Source: Longimicrobiales bacterium
Lineage (GTDB): Bacteria; Gemmatimonadota; Gemmatimonadetes; Longimicrobiales; Gaopeijiaceae
Length of the DNA stretch: 64,000 nt
NCBI GenBank assembly: GCA_965202985.1
Contig: CBDBCF010000001.1
Span: 1,504,001 to 1,568,000, forward strand
Reading direction: 5' to 3'
Positions 1-8,343 of this stretch are shown here, one piece after another (the stretch's first letter is position 1; each line of letters begins with the position of its first letter). Made by a program: the position numbers and the translations under genes. The notes under the pieces are model-generated. The model was given only the letters and a program-made list of their open reading frames with translations, searched no databases and had not been told where the DNA came from.

Positions 1-1130
1 CCCAAGTTCGAGATGGAGAACGTGGAGCCCGTGTACTCTTCGGGCCGGAGCTTCTTTTCGCGGGCGCGCGCCGCCATCTCGCGGACTTCGGCGCCGATGC
101 GGCCCAAGCCCTTCGCGTGGGCGTCGCGGACCACGGGCGTGACCAGCCCGTCGGGCACCGCCACGGCCACGCCCATGTGCACCCGGTGGAAGCGGCGCAC
201 CGAGTCGCCCTGCCACCATGCGTTGCAGGCGGGGTGGCGAACCAGGGCGGCCGCCGCGGCCTTGAGCACCAAGTCGTTCAGCGAGGCCTTCCCTTCTTGG
301 CGCTCGGCCAGGAGTTCGTTGACGCGCGCTCGGGCGGCCAGGGCCCGCTTCATGTCCACGTCCACCGTCAGGAAGAAGTGGGGAACGGGACCCAACGACT
401 CCACCAAGCGACGCGCCACCGTCTTCCGCATCTGCGACAGGGGCACGTCGGTGAAGTCGGGGCCGGCGTCGGGCGGGACCGGCGGCAGGCCGGGGGCCGG
501 GATCGGCGCGGCGGGAGCGGCCAGCGGGCGACCGCCTTCCGCGAGAGTCCGAATCGCGGCCTCCACGTCGCGCTTGACGACACGGCCGCCCGGCCCCGAC
601 CCGGCCACGGCGCCGATGTCCAGGTCGCTTTCCGCGGCCAAGCGCCGGGCCACCGGGGACGCCTTGACGCGCCCCGGGGACGCGGCCGGCGACTCTGGTT
701 GCGGATCGGCGGGCGGCGCGTCCGGGACCTGGGCACCAACCGGCTGGGCGACCGCCGCCTGCGTGCAGGTCGACTGGGCGGGGCCAGTTGGGGCGGCGGC
801 GACCTGGGCATCGGCGGTCCCGGCATCGGCCGCCCGCGCCCCGGCCGCCTCGGGCTTTGCCGCGGCCGCTTCCAGCGCCGAGACGTCTTCGTCCGGCTCC
901 GCGACCACGCCGATCACTTCGCCGACGGGCGCCACCGCTCCTTCGCCCGCGAACACGCGACGGAGCACGCCTTCGCCTCGGGCCACAAGCTCCATCGTGG
1001 CCTTGTCGGTCTCGATCTCGGCCAGCACGTCGCCTTCGGCCACGGTGTCGCCCTCGGCTTTGAGCCACTTCACGACCTGGCCCTCTTCCATTGTCGGCGA
1101 CAGGGCTTCCATGTAGACCTTGGTCGCCAT
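1..1130 (-). CDS. pdhC: Pyruvate dehydrogenase E2, dihydrolipoamide acetyltransferase (3' end outside window)
   Basis: Hand-translated from ATG at 1130: MATKVYMEALSPTMEEGQVVKWLKAEGD...EIETDKATME (lipoyl domain with ETDKA), then an Ala/Pro linker; follows pdhB. Absent from the ORF track because it has no stop in the window. Confidence 0.95.
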   Translation of the reverse strand, partial: MATKVYMEALSPTMEEGQVVKWLKAEGDTVAEGDVLAEIETDKATMELVARGEGVLRRVFAGEGAVAPVGEVIGVVAEPDEDVSALEAAAAKPEAAGARAADAGTADAQVAAAPTGPAQSTCTQAAVAQPVGAQVPDAPPADPQPESPAASPGRVKASPVARRLAAESDLDIGAVAGSGPGGRVVKRDVEAAIRTLAEGGRPLAAPAAPIPAPGLPPVPPDAGPDFTDVPLSQMRKTVARRLVESLGPVPHFFLTVDVDMKRALAARARVNELLAERQEGKASLNDLVLKAAAAALVRHPACNAWWQGDSVRRFHRVHMGVAVAVPDGLVTPVVRDAHAKGLGRIGAEVREMAARAREKKLRPEEYTGSTFSISNL

Positions 1131-1134
1131 CGCG

Positions 1135-2124
1135 CTACGCCCCGCCGTTCTGGTACAGGACCTGGTTGCAGGCGGCCACGACCCGGGCCGCGTCCGGCTT
1201 GGCGATCGCCTCCAGGTTCTTGGCGTAGGGCATCGGCACGTCCGCCTGGGTCACGCGCACGACCGGCGCGTCCAAGTGGTCGAAGGCTTCGTCCTGGATC
1301 ATGGCTGCGATCTGGGCGCCGACCCCGGCGAACGGCCATCCCTCTTCCACGTAGACCACCCGGTTGGTCTTGGCCACCGTGTCCAAGATCGCGTCCGCGT
1401 CCAGGGGGCGAACCGACCGCAGGTCGAGCACCTCCGCTTCGACACCCTCGCGGGCCAGCTTGGCCGCGGCCTGCAGCGCCACATGCACCATCTTGCCGTG
1501 CGTGACGATGCTCACGTCGTCGCCGGGCCTCTTCACGTCCGCCACGCCCAAGGGCACCACATGCTCTCCGTCCGGCACTTCACCCTTCACGTTGTAGAGG
1601 AGTTCTCCCTCCATGACGGCGACCGGATCGTCGTCTCGGATGGCGGCGGCCAACAGCCCCTTGGCGTCGGCAGGGGTGGCGGGGGTGGCCAGCTTCACTC
1701 CGGGGGCATGCACGTAGTAGGTCTCGCAGGCCTGCGAGTGCTGGGCGGACAGCTGCAGCGCCGCGCCCGTAGGGCCGCGAAAGACGATCGGCACGGGGAC
1801 TTGGCCGTTCGTCGTGTACAGCATCTTAGCGGCGCTGTTGATCACCTGGTCCAACGCCAGGATCGAGAAGTTGAAGGTCATGAACTCGCAAATCGGCCGC
1901 AGGCCCGCCATTGCGGCCCCCACGCACAGCCCGGCGAAGCCCAGTTCGCTGATCGGCGAGTCCACCACGCGACGGTCTCCGAAGCGCTCCAGCATTCCCC
2001 TCGACACCTTGTAGGCGCCGTCGTACTCGGCCACCTCTTCGCCCATCAGAAAGACCGAGTCGTCCCGCTCCATCTCCTGCACCATGGCGGCGTTCAGAGC
2101 TTCGCGATAGGTCATTTCAGCCAT
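1135..2124 (-). CDS. pdhB: Pyruvate dehydrogenase E1 beta subunit
   Basis: MAEMTYREALNAAMVQEMERDDSVFLMGEEV...DSPISE...EFMTFNF...QHSQ; start moved to the ATG at 2124. Confidence 0.96.
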   Translation of the reverse strand: MAEMTYREALNAAMVQEMERDDSVFLMGEEVAEYDGAYKVSRGMLERFGDRRVVDSPISELGFAGLCVGAAMAGLRPICEFMTFNFSILALDQVINSAAKMLYTTNGQVPVPIVFRGPTGAALQLSAQHSQACETYYVHAPGVKLATPATPADAKGLLAAAIRDDDPVAVMEGELLYNVKGEVPDGEHVVPLGVADVKRPGDDVSIVTHGKMVHVALQAAAKLAREGVEAEVLDLRSVRPLDADAILDTVAKTNRVVYVEEGWPFAGVGAQIAAMIQDEAFDHLDAPVVRVTQADVPMPYAKNLEAIAKPDAARVVAACNQVLYQNGGA

Positions 2125-3274
2125 GGTCGCGCCCGTCGGTGCCGCCGCGTCCACGCCCGTCCAGGAACAGCCGCCCGTGCGAGTTGATCTCCGCGTAGAC
2201 GTGGTCGTACAGGGTGTCGGGCGACGGTCGGGGCGACGCATCTGCAAAGTCCGCGGCGTCCTGCACCTGGGCCCGCACTTCCTTGTCCATGGCCTCCAGC
2301 TCCGCCTGGTCGAGCAGGTCGGCCCGCAACAGCCGGTCGCGCAGCACGACGATGGGGTCGCGCTCCTTGATCTGCCTGTCCACTTCTTCCTTCGGGCGGT
2401 AGGTGCCCGAGACCGGGTCCGACATGGAGTGGCCGCGAAAACGATAGGTGACAGCGTTCACGAATTGGGGTCCGGCGCCGTCCCGCACCTTGTCCGCCAG
2501 ACCGGCGAAGAAGTTGTGCACGGCCAGCACGTCTTGGCCGTCCACGGTATGCGCGGGGACGCCCAGGCCGCCGGACCGTTCCTCCATCTCCGTGACCGAC
2601 ACGCGCGAGAAGGCGGTCCCCATGCCGTAGCCGTTGTTCTCCACCACGTAGATCACAGGCAAGCGCCACACTGCCGACATGTTCAGCGACTCCAGGAACG
2701 CCCCTTGGTTGACCGCGGCGTCGCCCATGAAGCACACGCAGACTTGGTCGCCGCCCCGGTAGCGGATCGCCCAAGCCAGTCCGGCACCCAGCGGGATCTG
2801 GCCGCCCACGATCCCGTGGCCGCCCATGAACCCCACCTTCGTGTCGAACAGGTGCATGGAGCCGCCCCGGCCTCCGCAGCAGCCGTCCACCCGTCCGTAC
2901 AGCTCGGCCATGACCCGACGAGGCTCGATCCCCTTGGCAATCGCCTGGGTGTGCTCTCGGTAGGCGGTGATCACCACATCGTCCCGGCGCAACGGCTTGA
3001 TCGCGCCCGCCGCCAGCGCTTCCTGGCCAATGTGGATATGGCAGAAGCCGCCTATCTTGCCGATCTTGTACGCCGTCTCGGCTTCCTCTTCGAAGCGACG
3101 GTAGAGCAGCATGTCGCGAAGAAGCGCACGAAGTTCGTCGGGCGAAAAGCCTTCGATGCCGGTGTCGTTCGGGCCCGGTGCCGAGGCTCCTAGGGAGGTT
3201 TCCGGGTCGGCCTCTGTGGCTGGCTCCGACGCCCCCTTGGCCGGCACCGGGGGCGCCTCTACTGCAGTTGCCAT
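2117..3274 (-). CDS. pdhA: Pyruvate dehydrogenase E1 alpha subunit
   Basis: KIGGFCHIHIGQEA, TPP-binding GDAAVNQG...ENN, YRFRGHSMSDP. Confidence 0.96.
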   Translation of the reverse strand: MATAVEAPPVPAKGASEPATEADPETSLGASAPGPNDTGIEGFSPDELRALLRDMLLYRRFEEEAETAYKIGKIGGFCHIHIGQEALAAGAIKPLRRDDVVITAYREHTQAIAKGIEPRRVMAELYGRVDGCCGGRGGSMHLFDTKVGFMGGHGIVGGQIPLGAGLAWAIRYRGGDQVCVCFMGDAAVNQGAFLESLNMSAVWRLPVIYVVENNGYGMGTAFSRVSVTEMEERSGGLGVPAHTVDGQDVLAVHNFFAGLADKVRDGAGPQFVNAVTYRFRGHSMSDPVSGTYRPKEEVDRQIKERDPIVVLRDRLLRADLLDQAELEAMDKEVRAQVQDAADFADASPRPSPDTLYDHVYAEINSHGRLFLDGRGRGGTDGRDHG

Positions 3275-3280
3275 CTCGTG

Positions 3281-4498
3281 TCAGCCTCCTTGCGTTGCCG
3301 TCCGCAGCGCCGCGGGCGGGGACCCGCAGGCGCCGAGCGCCTTCGCTGCCGCGCCCCCGAAGCCCAGCACCTCCGCCGGCGCCGGAACGTCCGCTTCCAC
3401 GACTTCGCGGATCGCGCCGGGACCGCCCGCGTCCACCTCGCGCGCCTGTTCCTTTGCGTGGTAGCTGGACCGCACGAGCGGCCCCGACTCCACGTGCCGG
3501 AACCCGTATTCGCCCTCGCCCACGCGCTTCCACTCTTGGAACTCGTCCGGCGTGACCCAGCGCGCCACGGGGATGTGCTGCTTCGAGGGTCTGAGATACT
3601 GGCCCAGCGTGAGAATGTCCACCGCCGCTTCGCGAAGGTCCGCCATGGCCTGGCGTATCTCGTCCTCGCGCTCGCCCATGCCCAGGATGATCCCCGTCTT
3701 GGTGAGCGTTCCGGGATCGATGCACTTGGCCGCACCCAAGTACGAAATGGAGCGCCAATAACGTCCGCCGGGGCGCACCTCGGGGTGAAGCCGCGCCACG
3801 GTCTCCAGGTTGTGGCCCAGGATCGCAGGTCTCGCCTCCATGACCGTTCGCAGCGAGGCCTCGTCGCCCTTGAAGTCCGGGATCAGCACCTCCACCGAGC
3901 ACTCCGGCAGCCGGCGTCGCACCTCGCGTATCGTGGCGGCGTAGATACCCGCGCCGCCGTCGGGCAGTTCGTCCCGGTTGACGGAGGTGATCACCACGTG
4001 GTCCAGCGCCATGGCGGCGATCGTGTCGGCCACGCGCCGGGGCTCGTCCAGGTCCAGCTCGGTGGGCATCCCGTGGGCCACGGCGCAGTACTTGCACGCC
4101 CGCGTGCACACGTCGCCCAGGATCATGAAGGTGGCCGTGCCCGCCTCCCAGCACTCGCCGATGTTCGGGCAGCCGGCCTCTTCGCACACCGTGTGAAGCG
4201 ACCGGCTCCGCATGAGCCGCTGCAGACGCAGGTAGTTGGCGCCGCCCGGCGATCGCACCTTGAGCCAAGAGGGCTTTCGGGACGTGATGGGGATCGTCCC
4301 CACGCCCTCGTGAGCGCGGATTCGGGAACTCCCCTTCGGCTTGACCCGGCCCGTGTCCTTCCCCGCGGGCGCATAGCCGCTCGGCGCGGCGACGGGCAAC
4401 GACTTCACGAGTCCGCGAGACCTCGGTTCAGGCCGGGCGAGCGGGTCGGGCCGGGCGACTGACGGACTCCTGCGTCGGCTCTCGATAGGATCGTCCAA
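3281..4498 (-). CDS. lipA: Lipoyl synthase
   Basis: CEEAGCPNIGEC plus radical SAM CTRACKYC, and RSSY; exact start uncertain (long N-terminal extension). Confidence 0.95.
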   Translation of the reverse strand: MDDPIESRRRSPSVARPDPLARPEPRSRGLVKSLPVAAPSGYAPAGKDTGRVKPKGSSRIRAHEGVGTIPITSRKPSWLKVRSPGGANYLRLQRLMRSRSLHTVCEEAGCPNIGECWEAGTATFMILGDVCTRACKYCAVAHGMPTELDLDEPRRVADTIAAMALDHVVITSVNRDELPDGGAGIYAATIREVRRRLPECSVEVLIPDFKGDEASLRTVMEARPAILGHNLETVARLHPEVRPGGRYWRSISYLGAAKCIDPGTLTKTGIILGMGEREDEIRQAMADLREAAVDILTLGQYLRPSKQHIPVARWVTPDEFQEWKRVGEGEYGFRHVESGPLVRSSYHAKEQAREVDAGGPGAIREVVEADVPAPAEVLGFGGAAAKALGACGSPPAALRTATQGG

Positions 4499-4569
4499 GC
4501 TCCAGATCGGCTTCGGCGTGTCGGTTCATTGGCCGTCGGCAGGTCCCTTGAGGCGCGTGGGCGCCAACG

Positions 4570-4980
4570 GTGCCAGGCAAGAGGCCGTTGGCGAGGCGGG
4601 TGCGGACGAGCGCGTCCAGCTGGGTGCCGGGGCAGGCGCGGATCGTCCAGCCCTTCTCGACGAGGAAGGCGTCTTCGGGGATGGAGTCGGCGGGAAGGGC
4701 GACGGGGTGGTCACGGCCAAATGACCTTGGCCTTCTGGCCGTAGCCTTCGATGCGGGCGGCGGCGGCGAGGTAGACATCAAGGCGCATGATGCGTACGGG
4801 AGTTTCCAGGTTGCGGGAGAGGTCGTTGCGGACATCGGCGAGGACTTCGGTCTTACCGGAGCGGGCTTCGGCTAGCGCGCGGCTGCTTCTTCGTGCCGGT
4901 GACGATCACGCTTCGATGGGTTCGGGGGTGTGGAACAGAACGGCGGTCGGCAGGTCGGCGTCGGCGTCAAGGGGCTGGCC
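4570..4980 (-). pseudogene. Degraded coding remnant of unknown function
   Basis: Successive C/G-ending codon-rich fragments in different frames (LDADADLPTAVLFHTPEPIE / KTEVLADVRNDLSRNLETPVRIMRLDVYLAAAARIEGYGQKAKVI / DHPVALPADSIPEDAFLVEKGWTIRACPGTQLDALVRTRLANG) separated by frameshifts or stops. Confidence 0.45.
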
Positions 4981-5081
4981 GGCCCTGCAAGATGGCGCAC
5001 CTTCGGCCGATGTCAAAGGAGCGGTGGCGATGGGCCGCCCCCACCGGCCCGCATCCAAGCATTCGGGTGCCTTGGCGCACG

Positions 5082-5180
5082 TCAACCCGCGACAAATTGG
5101 ATCACGGCCAGACAAGCGACCATGGCGATGAACCCAACCAGAATCAGGTAGACCGGCACCTTGTACCTGAGGAACCTCAT
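5082..5180 (-). CDS. Small 32-aa single-TM membrane peptide
   Basis: MRFLRYKVPVYLILVGFIAMVACLAVIQFVAG*, preceded by SD-like CAGGGG a few nt before ATG; below the ORF-track length cutoff. Confidence 0.55.
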   Translation of the reverse strand: MRFLRYKVPVYLILVGFIAMVACLAVIQFVAG

Positions 5181-5237
5181 GTTGTTTCCCCTGAGTTTGA
5201 GGCGTGGTGAGTCCAGGGCCATCCGGGGTGAGCCCGT

Positions 5238-6308
5238 TCAGTGCGTCGCTAGAATTCGAAGGCCCATGACGCTTTGCCGCCCGAGTTCGTCGCTGACCAC
5301 GCCGTAGTAGATGTTGTTCCTCAAGGCCTTCAGCGTGAAGCCCGATGGGAGCGGCAGGATATCAAGGCTGCCGTCGGCCCGCAACGCTCGCCAGTAGCTG
5401 CCGCCTTCGCCGTCGGGAGACTCGATGCAGAGCACATCGCCCAACTCGCCCAGCACGAGGTCGGTGATCCCGGACCACGAGGGCGGTCCCCGAAGGACGA
5501 TCTCCCGCGGCACCACGGGGCCTTTCTCTTCGCGAAGCGACCTCTCGACAGCCGCCATGTCCCCGTCGTCGATGGGCCGCACTTCAACAGGAACTCGCGT
5601 CCGGCGAACTACTGCGAGGCCTGAATCGCCGGCGGCGTACCACGTCACGTCCCCGGAGTACCCGTCCGCCACTACCAGCGTCGAGTCGCCGCCGAAGGTC
5701 CATGCGCCGCCGTTTCCGAAGGGCGTGGAGGTGACGGAGTAGGGCGCGCCGTCGGAGGCCTCGTACCAGAACGCGGTGCCCGCCCGAACTTGCGCGATGG
5801 TGTCCTGCGACGCGGAGCCGACCCGCGACAGAATCAGCCGGTACCAGGGATCGTACCACTCGCTGTGGGCGTAGCGCGGGACGGTCATCGTGACCGACGA
5901 GCCGTTTCGCAGCTGACGGGTCACTCCCGGCGAGAACGGGTTGGCCTCAACTTGCTCGCTGCCGAGGACGCGACCGGACAAGCTGTACCGGGTGACGCGA
6001 CCGGAGATCAAGTCCCGAGCCGTGACCACCGAGTCCGCATCCATGGATTCAAGGAAGCGAAGTTCGCCGGGTCCATCTCCTTCGCCGCCGATCGAAGCCT
6101 GCAACTTGCCGTCCGAGGAGTAGCAGAATATCCGGAGAAGACCAGCATCGCCCACGCAGATCGACCCGTCTCGGGCGATGCCGACGTGACTTATCCGCTC
6201 AAAGTAGTGCCCGCTTGCGGGGTTGTCGCCGATCGAGACGACTGTCGCCGTTGGAAGCTGTGCGGCCAAGCCGGCGACCGGCATCGCAAGCAGGAGGGCG
6301 ATCGGCAT
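5238..6308 (-). CDS. Secreted 6-bladed beta-propeller (NHL/TolB-like) family protein
   Basis: Signal-like MPIALLLAMPVAGLAAQ, motif IGGEGDGPGEL, C-terminal YGVVSDELGRQSV; ATG overlaps the upstream stop (TGATG). Confidence 0.8.
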   Translation of the reverse strand: MPIALLLAMPVAGLAAQLPTATVVSIGDNPASGHYFERISHVGIARDGSICVGDAGLLRIFCYSSDGKLQASIGGEGDGPGELRFLESMDADSVVTARDLISGRVTRYSLSGRVLGSEQVEANPFSPGVTRQLRNGSSVTMTVPRYAHSEWYDPWYRLILSRVGSASQDTIAQVRAGTAFWYEASDGAPYSVTSTPFGNGGAWTFGGDSTLVVADGYSGDVTWYAAGDSGLAVVRRTRVPVEVRPIDDGDMAAVERSLREEKGPVVPREIVLRGPPSWSGITDLVLGELGDVLCIESPDGEGGSYWRALRADGSLDILPLPSGFTLKALRNNIYYGVVSDELGRQSVMGLRILATH

Positions 6309-7462
6309 CAGTTCAGCCCTCGCACGACGTAACCCAGCCCCAGCCCCAGGTACGTCCCCACGGCGTAGCCCAGCAGCCCCACCGCCATCCCCGGCAGCGC
6401 CAGGTGGCGCCACTCCCGCGAGATCGCCACGGCGAGGGCGCTGGCCGGCCCGCCCACCGACGCCTGGGACGCCACGGCAATCGACCCCAGGTCCAGGCGC
6501 AGAAGCTTGCCGACGCCGAACACGACGACGCCGTGCACGCCGACCACGATCAGCGTGAAGAAGAGGACTTCGAGCCCTACGGCGGCGATCTCCGAGAAGC
6601 GCGACAGCACGCCGATCAGCACGAAGAAGAAGTGAAGGCCGACCGCACCGAGCTGCATCGCTCCCGGAGCTTGTCGGAAGAGGGGCGTGTGGCCCAGCAC
6701 CAGCGCCATGGTGGTGAGCCACAAGATTGCGGGAACGTCGGGGAACAGCTCGCCAAGCTGCTCCGACGCCAGCACCAGGGCCAGTCCGACGGCCAAGAGG
6801 GCGGCAACTCGGGCTGCCGACAGCCCCTCCGACGCGAAGTATGGATGATGCGCGTGTCGGTTGACCGGGGCGGCGGGGTCGCTGGGCGGCGGCTCCGAGC
6901 GATCCGATGGGGGCGTCGTCGGATAGAAGCGCCGCAGCCAGATCGGCAGCACGAGGGTGGCCGCCAGCCACAGCCCGGTGACCACGTTATCGGCGGCCAT
7001 GGCACCGGCGTAGAGGGGGCCCGAGAGGTCCACGGCTCGTCCCACCGAGACGAAGTTGAGGGAGCCGCCGGAGTAGGTGCCCGTCATGGCGGCGGCCAGT
7101 CGCCAGGTGTCTTCGTCGAAGCGCGCTTGGTAGAGGACGGCAGCGACGAACGCGCCCAGGACCGTGCTGGCCAGGGCCAAGCCGAACGCGCCGGTCATCC
7201 GCCGCCCCGCCTTCTTGACGTCGCCCAGGTTCACCGACAGCAGGAGCCAGGCGATCGACAGCGAGGTCACCGGCCCGATCACGGCGTCGTAGACGGGCGA
7301 GGAGGCGGGGACCACTCCGGTGTTCGACAAAGCGGCGCCGAGGGCGATCGCCAGGAGCGACGCGCCCACCTTGCCCAACAAGGCGAAACGACGGTCCAGC
7401 CAGAACGCCAGGGCGGCGGCGCCCGCCACGACGGCGGACAGGGCCAGGGGCGACTCGATCAT
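6308..7462 (-). CDS. DUF819-like integral membrane protein
   Basis: About 10 hydrophobic helices; motifs GTYSGGSLNF and ASQASVGGPASA. Confidence 0.8.
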   Translation of the reverse strand: MIESPLALSAVVAGAAALAFWLDRRFALLGKVGASLLAIALGAALSNTGVVPASSPVYDAVIGPVTSLSIAWLLLSVNLGDVKKAGRRMTGAFGLALASTVLGAFVAAVLYQARFDEDTWRLAAAMTGTYSGGSLNFVSVGRAVDLSGPLYAGAMAADNVVTGLWLAATLVLPIWLRRFYPTTPPSDRSEPPPSDPAAPVNRHAHHPYFASEGLSAARVAALLAVGLALVLASEQLGELFPDVPAILWLTTMALVLGHTPLFRQAPGAMQLGAVGLHFFFVLIGVLSRFSEIAAVGLEVLFFTLIVVGVHGVVVFGVGKLLRLDLGSIAVASQASVGGPASALAVAISREWRHLALPGMAVGLLGYAVGTYLGLGLGYVVRGLN

Positions 7463-8343
7463 CGACCGTTCAGGTAAGCGCGGGCCTCCGCCAGCAGGGC
7501 TGGCAGCAGGTCGGGATGGCCGGCCTCTGGGCTCGTGTACTCGGTCAGCCCGGAGCGCAGTTCTTCATCGTAAGCGTCGACGAAGGTTCGGTAGTGGGCC
7601 GCTGCCGTTGCCGAGTCGCCCAGCAGGAGCGCGCCACTGGCGGCGGCGGCCAGGCACAGCAGGTGCGTGGGGCGAACCGCCAGGCCGGCTTCTGCGATCG
7701 CCAGCGCTTGGGCGCCGTCGCCGGCCGCGGCGTGGAGCAGAGAGAGGTGGAAGCGATCGTCCAGCGACAGCGCGCCGATGCGGTCGTACGACGCCAGGGC
7801 CATGGGAAGGAACCGTTCGGCCTCGGCGGCGTTGCCCGCTTCCACGGCGGTCATGACGCGGTTGAAGAGCCGCTCGGCCGCTTCCCGGGGCGTCATCGAC
7901 GACAGGTCCACTGCGGAAGTCGGCCCCAGCGGCGCTTGCTGCCCGGCGGGCGGGGGCAAGCTGCCGTTCCCTTCCGCCCCGCCATCCCGAAGCACCAACA
8001 CCAGAACAAGCGCCAACAAGCCTGCGCCCGCGACTCCGGCGACCGCCCACGGAGCCTTCGCGTTCCAGCCGGACGGTGCGGGGGCGCTTGTTCCCGCGGA
8101 CGGCCGCCCCGGCAACTCGGCGCCGCACCTTGTGCAGAAGCGGTCGGCGCCGCCCGACGGCGCGCCGCATTGCAGGCAATCGGGACCGCGCACCGCGCCG
8201 CCGCACGCCGGGCAGAAGTTGGCGTCGGTCGGCGTGCCGGCGCCACAGTGCGGACAGTCGAGCGCGGCGGCTTCCGCGCCCGAGGCTTGCGAGTCCGCGC
8301 CCAAGACGCCGTCGGCTCTCGGGGCGTCCTGGTCCGCGCTCAT
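7459..8343 (-). CDS. Double zinc-ribbon membrane protein with helical (TPR-like) C-terminus
   Basis: CPHCG...FCPACG...CLQCG...FCTRCG, one TM segment, Ala-rich helical C-domain; ATGA overlap with upstream gene. Confidence 0.75.
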   Translation of the reverse strand: MSADQDAPRADGVLGADSQASGAEAAALDCPHCGAGTPTDANFCPACGGAVRGPDCLQCGAPSGGADRFCTRCGAELPGRPSAGTSAPAPSGWNAKAPWAVAGVAGAGLLALVLVLVLRDGGAEGNGSLPPPAGQQAPLGPTSAVDLSSMTPREAAERLFNRVMTAVEAGNAAEAERFLPMALASYDRIGALSLDDRFHLSLLHAAAGDGAQALAIAEAGLAVRPTHLLCLAAAASGALLLGDSATAAAHYRTFVDAYDEELRSGLTEYTSPEAGHPDLLPALLAEARAYLNGR

